Part shown: positions 47,175 to 56,407 of the stretch, piece after piece
Numbering within the stretch: the stretch's first letter is position 1
How the letters are laid out: every line of letters starts with the position of its first letter
Source of the DNA: Pseudomonadota bacterium
GTDB taxonomy: Bacteria; UBA10199; 2-02-FULL-44-16; DYJF01
Reading direction: 5' to 3'
Length of the DNA stretch: 64,000 bases
NCBI GenBank assembly: GCA_043823065.1
Contig: JBDRBB010000006.1
Coordinates: 140,359-204,358, forward strand
Translations under genes and position numbers: made by a program
Notes under the pieces: model-generated
Databases searched by the model: none
What the model saw: only the letters and a program-made list of their open reading frames with translations
What the model was told of the DNA's origin: nothing

Positions 47175-48170
47175 TTAAATTGTGTTTAAATACGCGTAGA
47201 TAAAAACCGCAATTAAACCTAGCCAGGCGATTAGGCCGACCAGGAGCGGCTTACTTATAGTATTAATGATGTCTTTCATATCCACAGTCAAACCAATGGA
47301 GACCATGGCCATGGTCCAAACCAAAGAACCTAACATAGAAACCGGATAAACATAAGGAGCTAGGCCTGAAACAAAGGCAAACAACAAACCACAACCCACA
47401 AAACCCCATAAATACCAGGGAATGCGCACCTTAAAATTTGGCGCACCAGCTGAAGATTCTTTTAGAGAAGGCAGGTGATATAGAGCGCCAACTACTAACA
47501 ATAGAGGAATAATGGTTACTGTACGCGCTACTTTAATAGTCATGGCCATGGTTAAGCAATCTCTACCAACGTGAGAAGCAGCAGCTTTTACCAAACCTGT
47601 TTGCTGCAAAGTGGTGGCAAACATGCGCGCTTGTGCAGCTACATCCATACCAAAAATTTCTGCTAAATACGGAAGAAACAATAAACCAAACAAGCCCCAA
47701 ATCGTAATCACTAAAACTGCGCTGGCTGTATTACGATTATCCCCTTCCACAGCTGGCCGGGCAATCATAATGGCTGAAGCACCGCAAATAGCTGTGCCAA
47801 CAGCTAATAATAAAGAAGTCGCACTGGACAATTTAAACCAGCGCCCCAAACTTTGGCAGATCCAAACTACCACAATTAAACCCACCAATATTTGCAACCA
47901 AATCAAAGGTGAAACTACTTCCAAATTAAATCTTAAATTAGCGCCATAAAGAATAATACCTGGCGGAATTAAAATAGTAGGCGCCCAATTCAAGCCTGGC
48001 GAAAATTTTTGTCGCTCGCCAATGATGGTTCGCAAAACCATGCCGCAAACAATTCCTACCACTAAAGGATCCAACCAATTGGCTGACAAGGCAACCAACC
48101 AAACCACTATTCCCAAAAGCAAGGCCAGCAAAAAACCAGGACCATATAATTTTATTTTTTCCAACTTCAT
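47175..48170 (-). CDS. YeiH / putative sulfate exporter family membrane protein
   Basis: GTAICGASAI motif, ~10 TM helices. Confidence 0.88.
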   Translation of the reverse strand: MKLEKIKLYGPGFLLALLLGIVVWLVALSANWLDPLVVGIVCGMVLRTIIGERQKFSPGLNWAPTILIPPGIILYGANLRFNLEVVSPLIWLQILVGLIVVVWICQSLGRWFKLSSATSLLLAVGTAICGASAIMIARPAVEGDNRNTASAVLVITIWGLFGLLFLPYLAEIFGMDVAAQARMFATTLQQTGLVKAAASHVGRDCLTMAMTIKVARTVTIIPLLLVVGALYHLPSLKESSAGAPNFKVRIPWYLWGFVGCGLLFAFVSGLAPYVYPVSMLGSLVWTMAMVSIGLTVDMKDIINTISKPLLVGLIAWLGLIAVFIYAYLNTI

Positions 48171-48231
48171 AAGTGCTTGATCTTAGCTGTTTTATTAAGT
48201 AAGAGCAACTCTGTAATAAGGGAGAAATAAT

Positions 48232-49167
48232 ATGAAAAAAATATTTTTAAGCTTGGTTAGTGTTACCTGCTTAATCGTTAACATCAGTGGTTGTTCCAAA
48301 ACAAATGAGACCAAAGAGCTCACCATTTTTCATGCTGGCAGCCTGGCTAAACCTTTTGAAGATTTAAGCGCAGCTTTTGAAAAAAAGCATCCAGGGGTAA
48401 AGACTTTGCGTGAAGCTTCTGGCAGCGTTACTGCAGCCCGCAAAATTAGCGATCTGCATAAGCCCGCAGATATTATTGGCTCTGCTGATTATTTGGTAAT
48501 TCAAAACCTACTCATGCCAAACCACACAGATTTTCTTTATAAATTTGCCACTAATGAGATGGCAATCATGTATAGCCCGCACAGCAAGTATGCTAAGGAA
48601 TTAACTGCGCAAAACTGGACTGATATTCTGCTTCAAGAAGGTGTAAAAATCGGACGCAGCGATCCTAACACAGATCCCTGCGGGTATCGCACCTTGATCA
48701 CCTGGCAATTGGCAGAAAAGTTTTATGCTAAGCCAGGATTATATGAACAGCTTTTAGCCAAAACCCCTCCCCAATTTATCCGACCTAAAGAAACAGATCT
48801 ATTAGCTTTGCTGGAAACCGGCGATTTAGATTATATTTTTATTTATCGTTCAGTGGCTGAGCAACATAATGGTAAATTCCTTTTGCTTCCTGAGCAAATT
48901 AATTTAAAATCCAGCCAATACGCAGATTTCTATAAACAAGCCAGTGTGCAAATTGCTGGCGAAAAACCAGGCGAGACCATCACCCAAGTTGGCGAACCCA
49001 TGGTTTATGGAATTGCAGCACTAAAAAATTCCAAAAATTATGATTTGGCTTTGGAATTTATAAATTTTGTAATTGGTCCTGAAGGACAAAAGATCATGGC
49101 CCAAAACGGTCAGCCGCCAATTGTACCAGCAGAGAAAGTTGAAAACTCTGTTTTGTCATTGCAATGA
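48232..49167 (+). CDS. wtpA: Tungstate/molybdate-binding lipoprotein WtpA
   Basis: FHAGSL, EASGS, SADY, DPCGYR, YRSVA. Confidence 0.9.
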   Translation: MKKIFLSLVSVTCLIVNISGCSKTNETKELTIFHAGSLAKPFEDLSAAFEKKHPGVKTLREASGSVTAARKISDLHKPADIIGSADYLVIQNLLMPNHTDFLYKFATNEMAIMYSPHSKYAKELTAQNWTDILLQEGVKIGRSDPNTDPCGYRTLITWQLAEKFYAKPGLYEQLLAKTPPQFIRPKETDLLALLETGDLDYIFIYRSVAEQHNGKFLLLPEQINLKSSQYADFYKQASVQIAGEKPGETITQVGEPMVYGIAALKNSKNYDLALEFINFVIGPEGQKIMAQNGQPPIVPAEKVENSVLSLQ

Positions 49168-49180
49168 CACACGAGGATAC

Positions 49181-49954
49181 ATGCTCACCAAAACAGTAAA
49201 AATTACTCGCCTGGAAAATAATGCACGAGAAGAAAAACAGGATATTATAGTTAGCGAAGTACCTATTCAAATTATTCTTAATGGCACAGAACTGGCCACC
49301 ATTTTGGCCAGCCCAGATCAGCTAAAAGAATTAGGCTTGGGTTTTTTGTTTACCGAAGGTTTTATTGATAGCCTGTCTGAAATTGAAAAATTTGAGCAAA
49401 AACAAAACAGTCTATATTTCACCATTGCTGCAGATAAGTTTAGCCAAAAAGAAAAAATTCAAAAATATATTACTTCTGGGTGCGGTCGAGGCGCTTCTTT
49501 TGCTATTGCCTTAAAATCCTTGAAGCAGAAAAAAAACAGCAGATCAGCAAAAACTTCCATCTCAGCTGATCAAATCTCAGAATTAATGAAAGAGTTTCAA
49601 AAAAAATCCGAAGTATTCTTAACTACTGGCGGCGTGCATAGTGCTGCCTTGACTTCTGCTAAAGAAATTTTGTTTTTTACTGAAGATATTGGCCGTCACA
49701 ATGCAGTTGATCGGGCCATTGGCCTGGCTTTGACCAACCAAGTTAAACTAACTGATAAATTTCTTCTCACTTCTGGACGCATCTCATCTGAAATTGTGCG
49801 CAAAGTTGCTGAGGCAGATATTCCGGTTCTAATTTCCCGTTCTGCGCCCACTGATCGCGCCCTAGAGTTTGCCCAAGAATTGCAAGTTACCACAATTGGT
49901 TTTGCTCGTGGCCAAAAAATGAACATTTATACGCATCCTGAAAGAATAAAATGA
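49181..49954 (+). CDS. fdhD: Formate dehydrogenase accessory sulfurtransferase
   Basis: TSGCG, TGGVHSA, EDIGRHNAVD, SGRISSE. Confidence 0.93.
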   Translation: MLTKTVKITRLENNAREEKQDIIVSEVPIQIILNGTELATILASPDQLKELGLGFLFTEGFIDSLSEIEKFEQKQNSLYFTIAADKFSQKEKIQKYITSGCGRGASFAIALKSLKQKKNSRSAKTSISADQISELMKEFQKKSEVFLTTGGVHSAALTSAKEILFFTEDIGRHNAVDRAIGLALTNQVKLTDKFLLTSGRISSEIVRKVAEADIPVLISRSAPTDRALEFAQELQVTTIGFARGQKMNIYTHPERIK

Positions 49955-51777
49955 AAAAAGAAATTTTTAAACACATCCATCCTGGCGATCGAATCTTTAT
50001 TGGCACTGCTTGCGGCGAACCCCAATACTTGGTACAGTCTTTGATTGAATACGTGGAATCCAATCCCAAAGCTTTTTTTGATACTGAAGTTTATCATGTT
50101 TGGACCTTGGGCGTGGCGCCTTATGCCCAATCCAAGTTTAAGGCCAATTTCCGTCACAACTCTTTTTTCATTGGCGATAATACGCGTAGCGCTGTTAATG
50201 AAGGTTTGGCAGACTACACCCCAATTTTTCTATCAGAAGTCCCTTATTTATTTGCAACTGGCCGCTTGCCGGTTGATGTAGCCTTGATTCAAGTCAGTCC
50301 GCCAGATAAATATGGTTTTGTAAGCTTGGGTATAAGCGTGGATATTGTTAAAGCTGCAGTGGACAATGCCAAATTAATTATTGCCCAAGTTAATAAAAAC
50401 ATGCCGCGCGTACATGGTGATGGATTTATAAATATTAAAAACATACATTTTGTGGTTGAACATGATGAAGATCTTTTGGAATACAAAACCCAACCGCCTG
50501 GGGGAATTGCCCAAAAAATCGGCAAACATGTTTCTCAAATAATTGAAAACGGCGACACCATTCAAGTCGGCTATGGCAGCATTCCTAACGCGATTTTAGC
50601 TGAGCTTGGCTCTAAAAAACATTTAGGCATTCATACCGAGCTCATCAGCGATGGCATTGTGAATCTAATCAAAAAAGGTGTGGTGGATAATTCCAGAAAA
50701 AATATTGATAAAGGAAAGACCATTGCCTCTTTTTGTATGGGCCATAAATCCACTTATGAATTTATTCATGACAACCCTGGAATTGAATTTCGTTCGGTTA
50801 AATATACCAACAACCCGCTAATTATTGCTCAACATGAAAATATCGTGGCTATAAACAGCGCCTTGGAAATTGACCTTACCGGCCAGGCCACTGCTGAATC
50901 TTTGGGCAAGACTTTTTACAGCGGCATTGGCGGCCAGGCAGATTTTATGCGCGGCGCAGTTTTGTCCAAGCATGGCAAAACTATTTTAGCTATTCAATCT
51001 ACTGCTGAAGACGAGCAAACTTCCAGAATTGCTCCTTTCTTAAAAGAAGGGGCCGGCGTCACCTTAATTAGAGGCGATATTCATTATGTGGTTACTGAAT
51101 ACGGCATTGCCTATTTGCACGGTAAAAACATCAGGGAACGCGCCATGTCCCTAATAGCCATTGCCCATCCCAAATTTCGCCCCCAATTAATGGAAGAGGC
51201 AAAAAAGCTAAACCTAATTTATAAAGACCAGGCTTTTATTCCCGGCAAAAGGGGTGAATATCCAGAACATCTGGAAACCTTGCGCACCACCAATCAGGGT
51301 GTGTCCATCCACTTTCGGCCGGTTAAAATCAGCGATGAGCCCTTGCTAAAAGATTTGTTTTATTCCTTAACCGAAGAAAGCATGTATCGCCGCTTTATCT
51401 CCAAACGCCGAGATATGCCACATGAACGTCTGCAAGATTTTGTGATTATTGACTATACCAAACAAATGGTGATTTTAGCTATAGCTAAACATGAAGATCA
51501 AGAAACAGTGTTAGGTATTGGCGAATATAACATTCAAGAAGAAACTCATAGCGCAGAGGTTGCATTTGCTGTACAAGACAAATATCAAGGAAAAGGCATT
51601 GGCACTGAACTCTTAAATTACTTAATTTTGCTGGCCAAGAAACAAGGCTTGCTCGGTTTTACCGCAGAAGTCCTAATCGAAAACAAAACCATGCTGCATC
51701 TTTTTGAAAAAGCAGGTTTTGATATTGAAAAAAGAATGAGCGAAGGCGTTTTTGAATTGAAATTGGCATTCAAATGA
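49951..51777 (+). CDS. Acetyl-CoA hydrolase/transferase fused to a GNAT domain
   Basis: GIHTE, SGIGGQADF, VTEYGIA; C-terminal AEVAFAVQDKYQGKGIG. Confidence 0.9.
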   Translation: MKKEIFKHIHPGDRIFIGTACGEPQYLVQSLIEYVESNPKAFFDTEVYHVWTLGVAPYAQSKFKANFRHNSFFIGDNTRSAVNEGLADYTPIFLSEVPYLFATGRLPVDVALIQVSPPDKYGFVSLGISVDIVKAAVDNAKLIIAQVNKNMPRVHGDGFINIKNIHFVVEHDEDLLEYKTQPPGGIAQKIGKHVSQIIENGDTIQVGYGSIPNAILAELGSKKHLGIHTELISDGIVNLIKKGVVDNSRKNIDKGKTIASFCMGHKSTYEFIHDNPGIEFRSVKYTNNPLIIAQHENIVAINSALEIDLTGQATAESLGKTFYSGIGGQADFMRGAVLSKHGKTILAIQSTAEDEQTSRIAPFLKEGAGVTLIRGDIHYVVTEYGIAYLHGKNIRERAMSLIAIAHPKFRPQLMEEAKKLNLIYKDQAFIPGKRGEYPEHLETLRTTNQGVSIHFRPVKISDEPLLKDLFYSLTEESMYRRFISKRRDMPHERLQDFVIIDYTKQMVILAIAKHEDQETVLGIGEYNIQEETHSAEVAFAVQDKYQGKGIGTELLNYLILLAKKQGLLGFTAEVLIENKTMLHLFEKAGFDIEKRMSEGVFELKLAFK

Positions 51778-53897
51778 AAAAACAAAAAGATCTAACATCA
51801 CTTTTTGAACCGCGCGGCGTGGCTATTATCGGCGCTTCCCACGATCCGGAAAAAATCGGTTATCAGATTGTGGATAATATAGTTAAAGGCGGCTTTGAAG
51901 GCGGAATTTATCCGGTTAACCTCAAAGGGGGCAAGGTTGCTGGAATTCCAGCCTATACTTCCATTCACGATGTAATTCACGACATTGACATTGCTATTTT
52001 AGCCATTCCTGCCGTGCATGTCTTAGATAGTGTAAAAATTTGCACCAAAAAGAACATAAGCAATGTCGTAATTATTACCTCTGGTTTTTCAGAAATCGGC
52101 AATATTGCTGAAGAAAGAAAAATTGTGGAAATTGCCAAAGCTGCAAACATGCGCGTGCTGGGCCCCAACATTTTCGGACTTTATTCCTCTAAGGTAAAAT
52201 TAAATGCCACTTTTGGCCCGCCAGATATCAGGCCTGGCCATGTTTCCATTATTACTCAAAGCGGCGCTATTGGTGTAGCCATGATCGGCAAGACCAAAGT
52301 GGAAAATATCGGCCTGGCTAACATAATTTCTGTGGGCAATAAATCTGATATCGATGAAGTTGATCTTTTGGAATATTTGATTGCAGATGTTAATACGCGC
52401 GCTATTTTAATGTATTTAGAAGGAGTTAGAGGCGGCCGCAAACTGGTGGATATCCTAAAAAGTGCGGCGCTTAAAAAACCAGTGGTGGTGATTAAAGCTG
52501 GCCGCTCCGCTCGGGGCGCTTCTGCTGCAGCTTCACACACTGGCTCGCTGGCTGGCACTGACGAGGTGTTTGACGATATTGTCAAGCAATGCGGAGTGAT
52601 TAGGGCAGAAACAATTGACGAAGCCTTGCGGCTTTGCCGTTTTCTGGCTGGCACCCAAACTCCGGATGGCCAAAACACGGTCATTATCACCAATGGCGGT
52701 GGCGTGGGCGTGATGGCTGCTGATGCTTGCGAAAAATTTGGCCTTCAGCTTTATGACGACCAGGTAGATCTGGAAAAAACTTTCGAAAAAACTGTGCCCA
52801 AATTTGGTTCGTTTAAAAATCCGGTGGATATTACTGGCAGCGGTTCAGCCAAGACCTATGACCAGGCTTTAACTGCTGCCCTAAAAAACAGCAATATCAA
52901 TTCAGTTATTTGTTTGGGTTGCGAAACCGCCAGTTTTGACGCCAAGAAATTCGCTGACACCATTGCCAAACAATATAAGGCTTATGAAAACAATAAGCCC
53001 ATAACTTTTTCTTTGTTTGGCGGAGAGCAAATTGAGCTGGAAATTATGGAATTGCGCAAATCTGGCTTGCCTATTTATCATGATGTTTATGATGCGGTGT
53101 CTTGTTTGGGCGCGCTAAATTCTTTTCATCAAAACAAACTTTTGGCTCAAGACTTACCCATTGAAGTAGAGATCAACAAAGGCGAGATTCAAAATATCAT
53201 CAACTCGGCCAAGAGCCATAAGCGCAGCTTTCTACTAGCTTATGAAGCCAAAAGAATCATGGAGTTAATTGAAGTCTCCACTCCAGTTAGCGCTATTGCC
53301 AGAAATTTAAGGCAGGCAGTGGAAACAGCGGGAAAGATTGGCTTTCCAGTGGCCATGAAAGTTGTTTCCAAAGATATTATTCATAAAAGCGATGCTGGCG
53401 GCCTGGCCCTGGATCTGGAAAACAAACAAGAAATTTTAGAAGCCTATGAATCTATTTTGCATAACTGCAAAAAATTTGTGCCGCACGCGCATATTGAAGG
53501 CGTGGAAATTGCGGAAATGATCAAGCCTGGTTTGGAAACAATTGTGGGCGCCAGGCGCGACCCAAGCTTTGGCCCCATTGTCATGTTTGGCATGGGCGGA
53601 ATTTACGTGGAAGTGATGAAAGACGTGGCTTTTAGGGCCTTTCCTTTAAGTCGCGCGGAAATCATGAAAATGATCAGCGAGCTCAGATTTTATCCCATGC
53701 TCTTGGGCGTGCGCGGCGAGAGCGAAAAAGATTTGGAAACTATCATTAGCACCATTATTAAAGTTGGCGCTATTATCACTTGCTGCCCGGAAATTGCTGA
53801 TATTGAGATCAATCCTTTAGTAGTTTATGACAAAGGCGAAGGCGCCAAAGCAGTGGATGTTAGAATTTTACTTTCAACTTCGCAGGAGACAGTATGA
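51774..53897 (+). CDS. Acetate--CoA ligase (ADP-forming), alpha-beta fusion
   Basis: IIGAS, GPN, SHTGSLAG phospho-His, NPVD, HKSD ATP-grasp, EINPL. Confidence 0.92.
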   Translation: MKKQKDLTSLFEPRGVAIIGASHDPEKIGYQIVDNIVKGGFEGGIYPVNLKGGKVAGIPAYTSIHDVIHDIDIAILAIPAVHVLDSVKICTKKNISNVVIITSGFSEIGNIAEERKIVEIAKAANMRVLGPNIFGLYSSKVKLNATFGPPDIRPGHVSIITQSGAIGVAMIGKTKVENIGLANIISVGNKSDIDEVDLLEYLIADVNTRAILMYLEGVRGGRKLVDILKSAALKKPVVVIKAGRSARGASAAASHTGSLAGTDEVFDDIVKQCGVIRAETIDEALRLCRFLAGTQTPDGQNTVIITNGGGVGVMAADACEKFGLQLYDDQVDLEKTFEKTVPKFGSFKNPVDITGSGSAKTYDQALTAALKNSNINSVICLGCETASFDAKKFADTIAKQYKAYENNKPITFSLFGGEQIELEIMELRKSGLPIYHDVYDAVSCLGALNSFHQNKLLAQDLPIEVEINKGEIQNIINSAKSHKRSFLLAYEAKRIMELIEVSTPVSAIARNLRQAVETAGKIGFPVAMKVVSKDIIHKSDAGGLALDLENKQEILEAYESILHNCKKFVPHAHIEGVEIAEMIKPGLETIVGARRDPSFGPIVMFGMGGIYVEVMKDVAFRAFPLSRAEIMKMISELRFYPMLLGVRGESEKDLETIISTIIKVGAIITCCPEIADIEINPLVVYDKGEGAKAVDVRILLSTSQETV

Positions 53898-54928
53898 AAA
53901 AAATAATTATTGCTTCCCCTCATCAAAACGCTGGCAAAACCAGCCTGATCGTTGGTTTGGCCAAGGCCTTAAATCAAAAAGTGGGTTATTTAAAACCATT
54001 GGGCGACCGCTTGTTGTATCAAAAAAAGCGGCAATGGGATTATGACAGCGCAACCATGACCAATCTAGTGGGCATTCAGGAAAACCCAGAAGATATCACC
54101 ATTGGTTTTGAACACAGCAAGCTGCGTTTTATGTATGATGAAAAAGAAATCAGAAATAAACTCAGCCAAACTTTGGCGGCAATTGACAACCGAGATATTG
54201 TTTTTATTGAATCTGGAAAAAATTTATCCTGCGGTATGTCTGTGCATTTAGATCCAGTTTCTTTGGCGAGCTTCACTACCGGCAAATTGATTGTGGTCAT
54301 TAGCGGAACTGATGATGAAATTTATGATGATGTTTGTTTTCTAAAAAAATATCTGGAAAACACTAATGTTGATTTTGGCGGAGTGATTATCAACAAGATC
54401 AGGGACAAAAAAGAATTTGAACACGTGCATCTGGGAAATATTAAAGAAATTGGTTTAAAGATTTTAGGCGTAATGCCTTATGCACCTGAACTTACGCATC
54501 GTCATGTTGCTTACCTGGCTGATAAAATGTTTGCCAAGGTAATAGCTGGCGAGGAAAATTTAACTCGTTTGGTAAAAACTGTGGTCGTGGGCGCCATGTC
54601 TGCTAATTCAGTTATCAGCCTGCCGATTTTCAGGGCTGAAGATAAGTTGGTGATCACTAGCGGAGATCGCAGCGATATGATTGTAGCTGCCTTAGAGACC
54701 AACAGCGCTGCCATTATTTTAACCAACAATATCTTGCCTCCGGCTAACATCATTTCCAAAGCCACAGAACTGGGTATTCCTTTGCTTTTGGTGCGCTATG
54801 ATACTTTTGAAGCTGCCAAGCAAGTGGATGACCTGGAACCCCTGCTCACCAAAGACGATGCGCCCAAGGCAGAGTTGCTCGGCAAACTGGCCACTGAACA
54901 CATTAATATAGAGGCTATACTTGGTTAG
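53894..54928 (+). CDS. Phosphotransacetylase N-terminal-like (AAA_26 + DRTGG) protein
   Basis: AGKT P-loop, KPLG, VGAM, ITSGDRSD. Confidence 0.85.
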   Translation: MKKIIIASPHQNAGKTSLIVGLAKALNQKVGYLKPLGDRLLYQKKRQWDYDSATMTNLVGIQENPEDITIGFEHSKLRFMYDEKEIRNKLSQTLAAIDNRDIVFIESGKNLSCGMSVHLDPVSLASFTTGKLIVVISGTDDEIYDDVCFLKKYLENTNVDFGGVIINKIRDKKEFEHVHLGNIKEIGLKILGVMPYAPELTHRHVAYLADKMFAKVIAGEENLTRLVKTVVVGAMSANSVISLPIFRAEDKLVITSGDRSDMIVAALETNSAAIILTNNILPPANIISKATELGIPLLLVRYDTFEAAKQVDDLEPLLTKDDAPKAELLGKLATEHINIEAILG

Positions 54929-54963
54929 TTAGCAACCCTTTCAACAAAAACCAGTTGCGGAAT

Positions 54964-55168
54964 TCATGTAATAGCTAGCTTTTTGTAATATTTTGTCTGT
55001 AAATGTTGGTGTGCTAGTAGCGTAGGGCAGGTTTTCGAACCGGACTGGCATCATCCAAACTGCTAATAGTTTCGTAATAGCCTGAGGGAGGTGAGAAAAT
55101 CTGGCCGAAAGCTACTAGCACACCAATACTTCCTGATATCATCTTACCAAAAGCTAGCTATTATATGA
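54964..55168 (+). ncRNA. Candidate ~205-nt rod-shaped structured RNA (family unknown)
   Basis: Nested stems 54964-54988/55144-55168, 55004-55021/55111-55128 and 55026-55036/55095-55106; G-U pairs favour the + strand. Confidence 0.45.
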
Positions 55169-55252
55169 TGGAGCAATTTATTTGACTTGTAACGCTCAAG
55201 TTGGCATATAAGCGACCGTTTTAAAAAATTTTCAATTTTTTCAATTTTTTCA

Positions 55253-55279
55253 GCAACTTTGATAAAAAATTGCCGATAA
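55253..55279 (+). promoter_or_regulatory. Sigma-28-like promoter motif, copy 4
   Basis: GCAACTTT-GATAAAAAATT-GCCGATAA; ATG 7 nt downstream. Confidence 0.8.
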
Positions 55280-55286
55280 TTAAGAT

Positions 55287-56336
55287 ATGAACCGCATATT
55301 AGCCATCTTAAACCAATATTTATCTGTTACAAATGAAGCCTCAACCCAGCCTCCACCTCCTACTGGGCAAGAAGACGCCAATAGTAGTAGCCAATTTATT
55401 AATATAGACTCCTGGCTGGAACAGGACAGGGGTTTGGATATTGTGTTCTTGGCTGCGGCAACCCGTACCCCGGCTTTGTCGCGAGCTGAGATTAATCTGC
55501 TCTTGTCTACTGCCTCCTGGGCCACACAAGAAGCAACAATATTAGCCAGAGATACTGAAATTTTGGCTAAAGAGCTACTAGAAAACCCTGATGAAACATC
55601 TACCTTGAGAATGGCACAAAATTTAGGAACAATTAGAAATCATCAAGTAATAATCATATCTTTAAATGCAAGAGTATCTGAGATTTTAAAGACCCTAAGA
55701 AGAGAAATTAGTGAACTGAATAGACCACAAACCAGGTCTCATTGCAGAACTTGTGGACAAAACCCCTTGTTGGGTGATCGCGCTTATCTTAATGGTGTTT
55801 TAGGACAAGTCCGCCGAGCAGGTGACGGAATGAGAGCAGGAGTTAATGGATTTGGAAACACTGTCAGAGAATTAATAAAAGATGGTTTTAGTCTAGATGA
55901 CGATGATGACCACAATCCACCGCCTGCTATTGGCTCCAGTGGCAGATCTGCAGGTGGAAGCTTAGCCCCGCGCGGTTCAGGTGGGTCTAACTTTCTGGCC
56001 AGAACCAATTTTAGAATGCCCTATTTAGGCCACGGTATAGCCAGATTTGGCGGCGGAGCAGTTAATTTTGGCCGCAACTGTCTGGGCTATATTTTCGCAG
56101 CTGAAGCCTTGGCCCTGGCTTATACTAGATTTGTGGCCTGGCCTTATGTTTCTGCTTATACTAGCCAAGTTGCCCTTCCTTGGATAACTAACACTGCTTC
56201 AGCCCTACAAGGTGGTTTAGGATTAATTCAAGCAATTGGTTATAGCAGAGCAACTATCAGCGTTCCAATTCCAATTTTTGGTGGTCTCATACACGCTATT
56301 CTGGAAGATAGGCAGAACGAATTACCTAGCGCCTAA
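55287..56336 (+). CDS. Hypothetical protein, paralog 1 (coiled coil, Asp/Gly linker, hydrophobic C-terminus)
   Basis: 349-aa ORF sharing [17 protein letters not shown] with the next gene. Confidence 0.8.
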   Translation: MNRILAILNQYLSVTNEASTQPPPPTGQEDANSSSQFINIDSWLEQDRGLDIVFLAAATRTPALSRAEINLLLSTASWATQEATILARDTEILAKELLENPDETSTLRMAQNLGTIRNHQVIIISLNARVSEILKTLRREISELNRPQTRSHCRTCGQNPLLGDRAYLNGVLGQVRRAGDGMRAGVNGFGNTVRELIKDGFSLDDDDDHNPPPAIGSSGRSAGGSLAPRGSGGSNFLARTNFRMPYLGHGIARFGGGAVNFGRNCLGYIFAAEALALAYTRFVAWPYVSAYTSQVALPWITNTASALQGGLGLIQAIGYSRATISVPIPIFGGLIHAILEDRQNELPSA

Positions 56337-56352
56337 AAATCCCTAAAATCAC

Positions 56353-56379
56353 GCAACTTTTTCCTAAACCAGCCGACAA
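56353..56379 (+). promoter_or_regulatory. Sigma-28-like promoter motif, copy 5
   Basis: GCAACTTT-TTCCTAAACCA-GCCGACAA; ATG at 56408 with an RBS. Confidence 0.7.
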
Positions 56380-56407
56380 CCTATGTAAACATTAGGAAAT
56401 TGAGGCT

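Noticed and set aside
51826..51852. Minus-strand GCCGATAA inside the acetate-CoA ligase gene
   Set aside because: No GCAAC at the conserved distance; explained by the IIG codons.
54932..54958. Sixth copy of the promoter motif (GCAACCCTT)
   Set aside because: No GCCGATAA-like box at the required spacing (it reads CCAGTTGC).
55020..55110. Known riboswitch or ribozyme (ZMP/pfl, fluoride, c-di-AMP, TPP, hammerhead) or retron ncRNA
   Set aside because: Only short partial matches; the required pseudoknot or core nucleotides are missing and there is no reverse transcriptase in the window.
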